Of a DNA stretch of 64,000 nucleotides, positions 17,459 to 26,818 are shown one piece after another. How positions within the stretch are numbered: position 1 is the first letter of the stretch; each line of letters starts with the position of its first letter. Source of the DNA: Nitrospirota bacterium (GTDB taxonomy: Bacteria > Nitrospirota > UBA9217); contig JAKAHZ010000001.1 in assembly GCA_021814615.1 (NCBI GenBank), positions 31,178 through 95,177 of the forward strand, written 5' to 3'. Under the pieces are notes generated by a model that did no database searches, was not told where the DNA came from, and was given only the letters and a program-made list of their open reading frames with translations. A program made the position numbers and the translations under genes.

Positions 17459-19087
17459 TCAGCGCGGGGAAGGAAGGCCGGTGAACGAGATCCTGTCGCC
17501 CGGCGCAAGGCCGCTGCCGGCCGCGGTCTCGATGACCCATCCGACCGGCCCGCCCGAAGGATAGATCTCGGCGCCGCCCGGCCGGCAATGATCCGCCACC
17601 CCGATCACCATGCCCTGCTGATCCACGAATACGATGTCGATGGGATAGGAAACGCTCGCCATCCAGAACGTTACCTGCTGGGGCGGCCGGAAGAAGAACA
17701 GCGCCGCCTCGTTCTCCCTGAGCCTGCGGAAACCCTGGAGGCCCTGCGCCTTCTCCTCATCGGTCTCGCGCAACAGGACCACGGAGAAGGAGCGCGCGGC
17801 TGCTCCTGCCTTTGCCGGCATCACGGAGATCGCCGGCCGGTCTGCCGCTGCTTCGGCAAGCCTGATCTCTGCGGCAAGCACGAGGATGCCCGCGCCGATG
17901 GTGATCACCGTGACCAGGGCTCCCACGCGGAGGTATTCCAGGAAGCCGATCTCGACCCGCTTCCTGGCCTGCTGCGCCACGATCAAGTTCGCCACGGACC
18001 CGATGAGGGTCAGGTTCCCGGCCAGGGTGCTGCTCATGGCAAGGGTAAGCCACAGGACCCGCTCCCCTCCCAGGGATTCGATGAAGGACTTGAGCAGCAT
18101 GACCGCCGGCACGTTGCTCACCACGTTCGAGAGCGCCGCCGAGAGCACGGAGAGCCCCGCGATCCGGGCAAGGGGCGGCACTCCGGACAGATCGCCTGCC
18201 CAGGCAATGATCTTCCCCGCAAGACCCGACGCCTCCACGCCGCGCATGACGATGAACAGCCCGGCAAAGAACAGCAGCAGGGTCCAGTCCACCCCTTCGA
18301 GCACGCGCTCCGTGCGCACCCCGCCCAAAAGCATCAGCGCGACCCCGCCCGCGGCTGCCGACAGCGAGTACGGAAAGCCCGCCGAAAAGGCGACGAGGAC
18401 CCCGGCGCATACGAGCAGGGAGAGGATGAGCAGCCTGCGGTCGACTACGGGCGCCGGAACAGTCGGCTGGTGGTCGAACCGGGTCTTGGCCAGGTCACCG
18501 CGATAGATGAGCCGGATCACGGCGATGCTGACCACGAGCCCGATCGCGGCCACCGGAACAAGGGCGGCGAAAAACGGGAGGTAGGGCACGCGGGAATAGA
18601 TCCCGATCAGCATGTTCTGCGGATTGCCGGTTATGGTCATGACGCTCCCGATGTTCGACGACGTGGCGAGCGCAAGCAGGTAGGGCATCGGATTGACCCG
18701 CAGCTGCAGCGCAACCTCGAGCACAATGGGCGTGAAAAGCAGGCAGATGGTGTCGTTCACGAAGAGCGCCGAGAGCACCGCCGAGGAAAGCGAGACGAGG
18801 GTGAGCAGCTGCAGCGGCGTGCGGGAATGGGTGATGATCCTGCCTGCCATGAGCTCGAAGAACCCGGCGATCCGGAGATAGACCGTGATGACCATCATGC
18901 CGAAGAGGAGCAGGAGGGTGTGCAGGTCCACGGCGGCAAACGCCTCGTCCAGCGTCAGGACGCCGGTAACGACCATCAGCACCGCGCCGACGAGCGCGCC
19001 CGCCGGGCGGTCGATGTGCACCCGCGGGATCTGGCGGAGGCCGATGAACAGGTAGGTGATGAGGAAGATGACGGTCGCAGTCAGCAC
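17459..19087 (-). CDS. ArsB/NhaD-superfamily anion permease fused to C-terminal DUF192 domain
   Basis: ~12 TM helices with permease motifs; C-terminal 'LFFFRPPQQVTFWMASVSYPIDIVFVDQQGMVIGV' is canonical DUF192/COG1430; GTG start. Confidence 0.65.
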   Translation of the reverse strand: MLTATVIFLITYLFIGLRQIPRVHIDRPAGALVGAVLMVVTGVLTLDEAFAAVDLHTLLLLFGMMVITVYLRIAGFFELMAGRIITHSRTPLQLLTLVSLSSAVLSALFVNDTICLLFTPIVLEVALQLRVNPMPYLLALATSSNIGSVMTITGNPQNMLIGIYSRVPYLPFFAALVPVAAIGLVVSIAVIRLIYRGDLAKTRFDHQPTVPAPVVDRRLLILSLLVCAGVLVAFSAGFPYSLSAAAGGVALMLLGGVRTERVLEGVDWTLLLFFAGLFIVMRGVEASGLAGKIIAWAGDLSGVPPLARIAGLSVLSAALSNVVSNVPAVMLLKSFIESLGGERVLWLTLAMSSTLAGNLTLIGSVANLIVAQQARKRVEIGFLEYLRVGALVTVITIGAGILVLAAEIRLAEAAADRPAISVMPAKAGAAARSFSVVLLRETDEEKAQGLQGFRRLRENEAALFFFRPPQQVTFWMASVSYPIDIVFVDQQGMVIGVADHCRPGGAEIYPSGGPVGWVIETAAGSGLAPGDRISFTGLPSPR

Positions 19088-19211
19088 AGGGGCAGTCTAC
19101 CATGGCCGGAACCGGGAGTCCAGCGCGAGCAAGGCCGCATTCCCTGTTTCCTTCTTCGGCCCGGCATGCTATACTTTGGGTGCGTTGCCATCCCCTTCGA
19201 GGAGCGTATCG

Positions 19212-19577
19212 ATGATCGAACGCAGGGGTGAAAAGATCGGCTGGACCGGCGGCTTTCTCGGCGGCTTCCTCTGGGTGCTGGTCCTCTCCCTCATCGCCCT
19301 TGCCCAGGGGAGACTCCTTTCGGGAACGATCGGACTTCTGCTCTTCCTCGTGGCGGTCGCATCGGTCATCATTTTCGCTCCCTGGCGCCATCCCGACGCA
19401 CGCTATCACCTCCTGATGACACCGATCTTCCTGGTCCTGGTTCTCTCCGTCCTCTGGGCATACTCGCTCTTCGCCGGCGGGCTCGGACCGTGGTGGTCCC
19501 TGCCCCTCGTAATCCTTGTATTCGCCATATTCTGCCAGATGCGCGGCAAGAGGTGGAGCGACTCCGGAGCGCGCTGA
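19212..19577 (+). CDS. Small integral membrane protein (3-4 TM), hypothetical
   Basis: RBS GGAG before ATG 19212; hydrophobic helices; stop 4 nt before next gene. Confidence 0.45.
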   Translation: MIERRGEKIGWTGGFLGGFLWVLVLSLIALAQGRLLSGTIGLLLFLVAVASVIIFAPWRHPDARYHLLMTPIFLVLVLSVLWAYSLFAGGLGPWWSLPLVILVFAIFCQMRGKRWSDSGAR

Positions 19578-19580
19578 TCT

Positions 19581-20063
19581 ATGCGATCCTTGACGCTCCT
19601 GCATGCATTGGTCCTTCCCCTGCTGTTCCTTTCGGCTGTTGATGCGGATCAGAAGGCGGCTGGTACGGTCCTTCGCGATTTCACAAGCGACGGATGCAGC
19701 CTCTTCCCCGACGGCACGCTCAGGGACCGGGCGAAGTGGTGCAGCTGCTGCCTGGAGCATGATATCGCCTACTGGCGCGGGGGAACCGGGAAAGAACGGA
19801 AGCAGGCGGATGAGGCGCTCCGCGACTGCGTGCGCGAACGGACCGGCGACCAAGCGCTCGCGGAAACCATGTACGTCGGCGTGCGCGCCGGCGGCCATCC
19901 CGCCTTTCCCACGTGGTACCGCTGGGGCTACGGCTGGGACTACGGGAGAGGCTACAAACCGCTGACGGAAAGCGAGCGGCAGTCAGGGGAAGCGAAGATC
20001 AGGGAATACTACGAAAAACATCCTGCCGGGTATTGCGCGGAAAAACATACACAACAGGAATAG
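19581..20063 (+). CDS. Secreted protein with phospholipase A2-like CC-x2-HD-x2-Y motif
   Basis: Signal peptide; 'CSLFPDG...WCSCCLEHDIAYW' resembles PLA2 catalytic His-Asp network motif (CCxxHDxxY). Confidence 0.4.
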   Translation: MRSLTLLHALVLPLLFLSAVDADQKAAGTVLRDFTSDGCSLFPDGTLRDRAKWCSCCLEHDIAYWRGGTGKERKQADEALRDCVRERTGDQALAETMYVGVRAGGHPAFPTWYRWGYGWDYGRGYKPLTESERQSGEAKIREYYEKHPAGYCAEKHTQQE

Positions 20064-20256
20064 ATCATTGGACACGGGTTTGCGCGGATCAGATCTGATG
20101 AAAGCTTCGATCTATTACTGATCTATCCGCTTTTATCAAAGCCTTATCCGCCTTGATCCGTGTCAAAAGTCTTTCGTCAATTCCTTTGAGCTCGGATTTA
20201 CACCGATAATATCTGGTGAAAGCCATAACGTCCAAGTGGGTGAAAGGAGCCTGACC

Positions 20257-20823
20257 ATGAGAAAGCTCGGTTCCCTGGCACTGCTCTTCGTCATGTTCTG
20301 GGTGTTCCCGTCAGTTGCTGCGGAAAAGAAGGAACGGCCGGAAAAGTGGGCGCGGCCGGTGAAGGCGGAATTCCTGCGGAACTGTTTTCAGCTGGACAAC
20401 AAGGTCTACCGTGCGGCGCAGCCCGCAAAGAAAGGGTTCCTGGAACTGCGTCAGCTGGGCGTGACGGACGTGCTGAACCTGAGGGACTTTCATTCCGACG
20501 ACGAGGACGCGAACGGGGCGGGGCTGAACCTCCATCGCGTCAAGATGGAGGCCGGCGATATCGAGACCGCGAGCGTGGTCAAGGCGCTCCGGGTCATCAG
20601 GAATGCGGAAGGCCCGGTGGTGATCCACTGCTGGCATGGCGCCGACCGCACCGGCATGGTCGCCGCGTTCTACCGCATCCTGTTCCAGAGCTGGTCCAAG
20701 GAAGATGCCATCGACGAGCTCGTGAACGGAGGGTACGGATATCACGCGATCTACAAGAACATCCCCGAATTCATCAGGAGCGCGGATATCGAGGAATTAC
20801 GAAGACAGATTTCGACGCCGTAA
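20257..20823 (+). CDS. Secreted dual-specificity/tyrosine protein phosphatase
   Basis: Signal peptide; P-loop 'VIHCWHGADRTG' (HCx5R); RBS AAAGGAG. Confidence 0.75.
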   Translation: MRKLGSLALLFVMFWVFPSVAAEKKERPEKWARPVKAEFLRNCFQLDNKVYRAAQPAKKGFLELRQLGVTDVLNLRDFHSDDEDANGAGLNLHRVKMEAGDIETASVVKALRVIRNAEGPVVIHCWHGADRTGMVAAFYRILFQSWSKEDAIDELVNGGYGYHAIYKNIPEFIRSADIEELRRQISTP

Positions 20824-20878
20824 CACCGGGGTGGCGCGTTGCCGCCCCTCGCGAGGTAGGGCCCGTCGGGTTTCAGTT

Positions 20879-21244
20879 CTACTGGCTGCCTGTCTTGAGC
20901 TTGATGACTTCCTTGGTCTTCAGATCCAAGGAATAATATTCATCCTTTTCGGTGGTGATAATAAGCTTCTCATTCTTTATCGTCAGATTCGTTATAAAAA
21001 CATCTTGAACGTCCTTCTCGAGCAACGGATTGATCCGCGCCTCATAGATCCTCTTTTCCCATAGTTTCTTTCCTGTAGTATTATCGAAGGCAACAACGTG
21101 CCCCATCTGCGACACAGGCGCCTCGTACCGTACGCCGCTATACACAACAGGATCAACATCTCGCGGCGCAGCACGTTTTGCCGAAGCGGGAAGAGCCGCA
21201 ATAAGAACGATGAGGATTGAAACTTTAAGTATTCTTGCGCTCAT
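20879..21244 (-). CDS. Small secreted hypothetical protein (low-GC insert)
   Basis: Signal peptide 'ILIVLIAALPASA'; local GC ~42% versus ~65% surroundings. Confidence 0.45.
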   Translation of the reverse strand: MSARILKVSILIVLIAALPASAKRAAPRDVDPVVYSGVRYEAPVSQMGHVVAFDNTTGKKLWEKRIYEARINPLLEKDVQDVFITNLTIKNEKLIITTEKDEYYSLDLKTKEVIKLKTGSQ

Positions 21245-21265
21245 GTTTTAGCATCCTGTCGGGTT

Positions 21266-21667
21266 TCACTTCGTTCTCCCCGACCTACGACCTGAGGTTA
21301 ATAGCGTTATTCTAGCTTTGCTCGAAACAATCCTTATCTTATTAGCGCAGGCTCTGTCATGGCCATAAAGTCTGAACGTATATTCATGAAATCGACGCCC
21401 GGAAACGATTACTTCTTTGTGTAGTATCCGATCAATTGAACCTGCCCAGAGATTGTCTTTGACCCCATTAAAATCGATCTGCTTGTTAACATTTTGCACA
21501 TTGTCAAATTCGGCTCTGACTTTTCTTCTCTTAGCACCCCAAACGAGACCGGGATATATTTCTGCTTCTATAGATATTTTTGTCTTATCTTTCTTCGTAA
21601 GTGGGTAAACATAGCTAACCCTAATGATATTACCATCGTGCCAATATGGCGTTGATATCAATTCCAT
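21266..21667 (-). CDS. Hypothetical protein (low-GC insert)
   Basis: ORF in AT-rich segment tandem with 20879-21244; start taken at MELISTPYW. Confidence 0.4.
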   Translation of the reverse strand: MELISTPYWHDGNIIRVSYVYPLTKKDKTKISIEAEIYPGLVWGAKRRKVRAEFDNVQNVNKQIDFNGVKDNLWAGSIDRILHKEVIVSGRRFHEYTFRLYGHDRACANKIRIVSSKARITLLTSGRRSGRTK

Positions 21668-21689
21668 GATCGCGAGCAGTCGCTCCCTT

Positions 21690-22751
21690 CTATTTTTTAC
21701 TTTCTTCCATCCTCTCCAGCAGCTTGAACTGCACCCGCGCCCGATGCAGGTTGTGGCCGGGGTAGCGGATGCGGAAATAGGTGTCCCCGCGGAGATAATC
21801 AGCAAGGAACCGGATGCCGAGCTCGAAGGTGATCACCTGGATGGAGAGCGGCAGCAGCTCGATCTCGCGCTTTGTCAGGAACGATCCGGCGGTTTCGAGA
21901 TATCCCGCTTTGATCGTTTCATACAATCCGGCGTCGAAGCGGACCGCGTCCAGATCCGGCGCATCCTCTCCTTCCGGATTGGCCGCCGACCGCACGCAGT
22001 CGCCGAAATCGAAATGCACGATCCCTGGCTTGACCGTGTCCAGGTCGACCATGCAGATCGCCTTGCCGGTTCCCTTGTGCACCATCACGTTGTTCACCTT
22101 GGGATCGTTGTGCACCACGCGCAGCGGGATTTCTCCGGTTGCGATGTGGTCGGTCAACGCTGTTGCCAGTGATCGGCGGCGGTAGACGAATTCGCGTTCC
22201 GCCATGATTTCGCGCGAACGGTTCTTCGGATCGGTTCGGAGCGCCTGGTCGAATTCGTCAAGATACCGGCCGGTGTAATGGAACCCGGGCAAGGTGTCGT
22301 GCAATTGGTCAGGATGGAGATCGGAAAGGAGTTCCTGGAAGGACCCCAGCGCCCGTCCGATCTCGAAGGCGTGTTGCTCTCCCTGCACCGTGTCGAAGAC
22401 CTCGCCGGATTCGATGAAATGGAACATGCGCCAGTAATCGCCCTTCCCGTCGACAAGATAGGTCTTGCCGTCCCTTGTCCGGAGCAAGGCAGGCGTTGTA
22501 TTCTCGGGATCGGGGATGCCCGCCCTGCGCAGCCGCTCCTGCACATGGGTGGTCACGGTCTCCACATTCGCCATCACCTGCTTGGGATGCAGGAACACGT
22601 GCTGATTGATCCGCTGGAGAATGTATTTCCTGACGCCGGCGTCGGACGCGATCTCGCAGAGATAGGTTTCGTTGATCAGGCCTGAGCCGAACCGCTCGGC
22701 GCGCTGGAGCGTGCCGGGAAGGGAGAAGTGCCTGATGATCCGCTCTTGCAT
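21690..22751 (-). CDS. Phosphotransferase (APH/choline-kinase fold; possibly sugar 1-kinase)
   Basis: Catalytic loop 'VVHNDPKVNNVM' (HxDxxxxN) and 'MVDLD' metal-binding motif. Confidence 0.6.
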   Translation of the reverse strand: MQERIIRHFSLPGTLQRAERFGSGLINETYLCEIASDAGVRKYILQRINQHVFLHPKQVMANVETVTTHVQERLRRAGIPDPENTTPALLRTRDGKTYLVDGKGDYWRMFHFIESGEVFDTVQGEQHAFEIGRALGSFQELLSDLHPDQLHDTLPGFHYTGRYLDEFDQALRTDPKNRSREIMAEREFVYRRRSLATALTDHIATGEIPLRVVHNDPKVNNVMVHKGTGKAICMVDLDTVKPGIVHFDFGDCVRSAANPEGEDAPDLDAVRFDAGLYETIKAGYLETAGSFLTKREIELLPLSIQVITFELGIRFLADYLRGDTYFRIRYPGHNLHRARVQFKLLERMEESKK

Positions 22752-23196
22752 GATGGGAGCATTGTACTGATTCGCGAGTGGATTAGCAAGGCGGGCGATG
22801 GGGCTTGAACCGCGAAGAAAATGAAGGAGCGGATCAACAGCCTCTTACCGCGAAGGCGCAAAGGACGCGAAGAACTGCAGGTCTTCCGCCGTTTTTTCCG
22901 GTTTTACTCGCGTTCATCCGTGTTCATCCGCGTCCTATTGCTTTCTTCTGACGTTTATTCCGGTTTTTATCCGTGTCCATCCGTGTGCGTCCGTGTCCAA
23001 ATGATTTTAGTTTTATCCGCTCTTATCCGCGTTCATCCGCGTCCAAACTAATGGGATCTGTGTTTCGGCTTTTGCGCTCTCTCTGTGCTCTCTGTGTCCT
23101 CTGTGGCAAATTCCGTAGTTGTTTGTTTTGATCCGCGTTCATCGGCGTCCCAAGCCGACTTTGAGTCCTCGCGTCTTCGTGGTAAAGGAGTTGGTT

Positions 23197-23375
23197 CCTC
23201 ACCTTTCTTGCGTGCCCAAGAAAGGTTGAGCCAAAGAAGGGCACCCGGCGATCATTCTGATCCGTCATGCTCGGTCGTCCTCAGGGCATTTCGGAAACTC
23301 GCCCTGCGGGCTTCGGACATCCGAAATGCTTTTCCTTCGGACTCTGTCGCCTGACGGGAATAATCGCATGGGAAC
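23197..23375. repeat. Copy 2 of ~150-170 bp structured intergenic repeat family
   Basis: Aligns with 30348-30520 and reverse complement of 5530-5702. Confidence 0.7.
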
Positions 23376-23593
23376 GGTAGTCAACGGCAAAGGCTCGTCG
23401 TTGGCTGGATTGATCCGCCGTTATCCGCATTCATCCGCGTCCAAAAATCTTCCTGTTTTTTCGTATCTCTGTTTTGTTTTCCCTCTGTGCTCTCTGTGTC
23501 CTCTGTGGCAAATTCCGTAGTTGTTTGTTTTGATCCGCGTTCATCCGCGGCCCAAGCCGACTTTGCGTCTTCGCGTCTTCGTGGCAACGTTCT

Positions 23594-24883
23594 TTACAAT
23601 CCCGTCGCCATGGTCTGGAAGAACGTGACGGCATCGACGGCAAAGGGCAGGGCGCAGTTGTCGTGCGTCGTGGGCTGCGAGCCTGCATTGCAGTTCACGA
23701 GCGTCACCGACGTCGATCCGTTGTTGGTCATGGCTGTCAAGGCAGTCGTTGCATTGGCATAGGGCACGATATCGTCCGCCTGCCCGTGGAAGAGCCGGGT
23801 GGGAACCTTGGGCGCCCAGTTGTAGATGTCGTTCCCAGCGACATGCGCTTTGAGCGCGGCCTCGCCCGAACCCAGGTAGCTCGACACGAATGCCGGGTTC
23901 AGCAGCGTCGTGGTCGCCACGCCCGGCCCGCCGAGGGCGCTGCTGATCTCGCTCCTCGTGTAGCTGCCGTTGAAGTAGGCATTGACCACAGCCGTGTAGG
24001 CGGAGGAAAAGTAGTAATCGATCGAGCTCGGGCTGTTGTACAGCGTGTCGTAGGCCTTGATAAAGAACGCGGTGAACGCGGGCTCCACCTGGCTCGGGAG
24101 CGCCACAACATAATGGGCCGTTCCCGTGAGATCGTAGGGCCCGTCGCCGGCCGCCGATGCGGTGATCGGGAATTCCGCGGACAGGCTTTGCTCCATCAGC
24201 TTCTGCGTGGCGATCGTCGCGTAGCCGCCTTCGGAATACCCGGTGAGAAAGAGCTGGCCGTTCGTGGAGGCGTTCACGGACGGATCGGCGAAGAAGGTCC
24301 GCGCCGCACGGTTCATGTCGACCGTGGCCGAGGCAAGCGTTGCCGCATGCAGGTAGGGATGGACCATGCCGAGGGAATCGCCGAATCCCAGGTAGTCGGG
24401 CAGCACGGTAATGAATCCCATGCCCGCAAGAGCAGCGCCGATCAGACCTTCGGAAGCGGTCACCGAGCTTGCCGAAAGTCGCGACGGCGCATCGCTGTCC
24501 TTGAAGATCGTGCCGTGCTGATAGCTGATCACCGGCCGGTTCGCGCTCCCGGGCGACGGCAGGCAGACCAGGCCCGAGGCGTTGACCAGCGCGCCCGAGG
24601 GATCGGGCGTCCCATAGGTGAGCCGGTAGCAGGCGGCCCCGTTCTTTGCCGTAATACCGGTGATGCCCAGGGCCGAGATGCCGAGGTTCAACAGATCAGC
24701 GCTGAAGGACGCTGCCGGGGACCAGGACATGAGCTGCCCGGCCGTTGCGGGCTGCGGCGGCGCGCTGCTCTTGGAATGCCCGCAGCTCATGAGCATCGAG
24801 GCCGCGAGGAGGGCGACAAGGATGCCTGCCGGACGGTTCGCCCGCCCAAAAGATCGATAGATTATTCCTGCTGTGAATTTCAT
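23594..24883 (-). CDS. Secreted lipase/esterase lipoprotein (alpha/beta hydrolase, LIP-like)
   Basis: Lipobox 'LMSCG'; nucleophile elbow 'GYSEGG'; Ser/Thr-rich linker. Confidence 0.65.
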   Translation of the reverse strand: MKFTAGIIYRSFGRANRPAGILVALLAASMLMSCGHSKSSAPPQPATAGQLMSWSPAASFSADLLNLGISALGITGITAKNGAACYRLTYGTPDPSGALVNASGLVCLPSPGSANRPVISYQHGTIFKDSDAPSRLSASSVTASEGLIGAALAGMGFITVLPDYLGFGDSLGMVHPYLHAATLASATVDMNRAARTFFADPSVNASTNGQLFLTGYSEGGYATIATQKLMEQSLSAEFPITASAAGDGPYDLTGTAHYVVALPSQVEPAFTAFFIKAYDTLYNSPSSIDYYFSSAYTAVVNAYFNGSYTRSEISSALGGPGVATTTLLNPAFVSSYLGSGEAALKAHVAGNDIYNWAPKVPTRLFHGQADDIVPYANATTALTAMTNNGSTSVTLVNCNAGSQPTTHDNCALPFAVDAVTFFQTMATGL

Positions 24884-25153
24884 GATGAGAACCTCCTGAA
24901 ACGGTGCTTGGATATTTGATATAAGGGTAGCACCTGTTTACGGCTGATGCAATCGGCGGGATAAAGAGAGGAGAACAAGCGACGAGCGAGGACCCTTCCG
25001 TGTTCATCCGAGTCCAAAACGTATTTCTTCGAGTCTTTGTGCTTCTCTTCACGAATAAAGCCGGAGAGATCGTTCTCTCCGGCCTGGAAATTCACATCCC
25101 TGCAACGTCATTGACGCTCCCTCCCCCGCAAAGCGGAGCAGGGACTTTCGCAT

Positions 25154-26059
25154 CTATATGCCGAATTGCTTCGTTGCGACCCATTTCATGCTCAGGAGCG
25201 ACCAGAAATCCATTGCCATCCTGTTGAGAACATAGTCGTAAGGGAGCCATCCATAGCCGTTGTCGCCCCATGTCGTGCCCCAGGAATTGCGGATGAGCAA
25301 AGCTCCCGTGGCTTCCCTGTTACATTTCGTATTCCTGATCTTCTTGCTGTCATCGTAACCCACCGCGACGATGGCATGGCCCCATTGCGCCTGTTCTCCC
25401 GGGCACGGATAGGGAATGCCGCCCTTGACGTCGGTATTATTGAACGAAGGAAATCCCCAAAAACCGAACATGGACGGGACCCCCGCGGCAAGATACTGCT
25501 TGACCGACGCAAGCACCGTGGCGGGCGGCACGTTCGCAGCCTGTGGATCATGACAGAAATATCTGAGCGCTTCGTATGCATCCGCGATGGCGTACACAAA
25601 GGCAGTCGGTTCCTTGTCGAAATCAGGCACCGTATAGGGCCAGTATTTTTCTGCAGGGATGCCGCAGAGGCAGAGCGCGCCCATTACGTTTCTCAGCCAT
25701 GCCCCGGAATCGCCCGTCACTTTCATCAGGTTGCGGGTCGTCTTGTACAGGAACAGCCGGGAGCCGTCGATATACTGCCCGAAGGCCCTTCGTTCGAAAT
25801 ATTCCACGACCCCCATGCCCGCATGTGCCGAACAGGAACCGAGATTCAGCTGGTTCTCGATCGGGGAGCACCATTGCCTCAGATCGATGGTTGACGGCGC
25901 GGACAATGCCCGGCCGCCCAGACCGAGCCCTTTCGACAATTCCGCGATTACCGGGTGTTCCGCCGAATAGTCCCGCAGATCGGGCAGAGGCGGCAACCAC
26001 CCCGTTCCGACGACTTCTCCCGTGCCGGAAAGCTCCACTTTGCCGTAGAGGGAATACAT
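25154..26059 (-). CDS. Papain-like cysteine protease (C1 family)
   Basis: 'QLNLGSCSAHAG' (catalytic Cys), 'GHAIVAVGYDD' (His), 'NSWGTTWGDNGYGW' (Asn-Ser-Trp) triad context. Confidence 0.8.
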   Translation of the reverse strand: MYSLYGKVELSGTGEVVGTGWLPPLPDLRDYSAEHPVIAELSKGLGLGGRALSAPSTIDLRQWCSPIENQLNLGSCSAHAGMGVVEYFERRAFGQYIDGSRLFLYKTTRNLMKVTGDSGAWLRNVMGALCLCGIPAEKYWPYTVPDFDKEPTAFVYAIADAYEALRYFCHDPQAANVPPATVLASVKQYLAAGVPSMFGFWGFPSFNNTDVKGGIPYPCPGEQAQWGHAIVAVGYDDSKKIRNTKCNREATGALLIRNSWGTTWGDNGYGWLPYDYVLNRMAMDFWSLLSMKWVATKQFGI

Positions 26060-26096
26060 TTCACGTGCCTCCTTTCTTTGAGAAGCGGTTGGTCTC

Positions 26097-26435
26097 TTAG
26101 TCCATCAGCACCGTCGCCAGCGTCTGTCCCCTGTCCGTTCCCCGTTCGGCAGCGATCGCAAAAATATAAACGCCGGCTTTCCAGGTCTGCGTATTGATGG
26201 GAACGACATTGATGTGATAGAAGCCGGGCAGCCTTCCTGCCGTGACGCCGGTCATGTTTACCAGCGCTCCGCCGGGCCCGACGATCATGGGGTCCACCTT
26301 GAAGTTGGACATGCCGAGCCCCGTGACCGGTGCGCCGTTGACATCCGTTGCAGACACAATGATGTAGTTGGGTTGACGATTTCCCGGCGCCGCGATCGTG
26401 TCCTCAGAAAAAGCCGTCAGAACCAGTCGTGCCAT
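26097..26435 (-). CDS. Small hypothetical protein co-transcribed upstream of C1 protease
   Basis: RBS AGGAGG before ATG at 26435; 112 aa. Confidence 0.45.
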   Translation of the reverse strand: MARLVLTAFSEDTIAAPGNRQPNYIIVSATDVNGAPVTGLGMSNFKVDPMIVGPGGALVNMTGVTAGRLPGFYHINVVPINTQTWKAGVYIFAIAAERGTDRGQTLATVLMD

Positions 26436-26818
26436 AGTGACCTCCTTGTGTGAACTTGCCTCTTTCGGCTTCGCGGGCTGTGCCCGCGTTGTTGCCTGTT
26501 TCCGTGTGCAGGAAGCACGAAAGGAATGCCGATTACGCGATGGTGATCCATCGAAGGCGCGCCTCCTGTATCTCAGGAGGCTAAAGCTTATCACAGCGGG
26601 CAAGATTGAAAACTACTCGATCGGGTAGGAACGCGGAGTATTTTTCGGGGATGACCGAAGGTAGTAGGAAAAAAGAAACGGCAAATACGAGCTATCGCGA
26701 GATCAGGGGCATGAAAGGGAGGGCAAAAACCGGATGGTGATTATTCTTGTCCGTTCAATAACGAGACCGTTAAAAATCTCGATAACCGGCGGCGTTCATG
26801 GCGCCGGTGACCGGTTCC

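Noticed and set aside
23080-23560. Sigma-54 promoter reading of the recurrent 'TGGCAA/TGGCAG...TTG' words in intergenic repeats
   Set aside because: The GG-to-TTGC spacing does not match the -24/-12 TGGCAC-N5-TTGCA geometry in any copy I checked. These look like repeat words rather than promoters.
22752-23593. Possible CRISPR array in the repeat-rich 840-bp intergenic region
   Set aside because: The repeats are degenerate, of variable length and irregularly spaced, without unique spacers of constant size. No cas genes are nearby.
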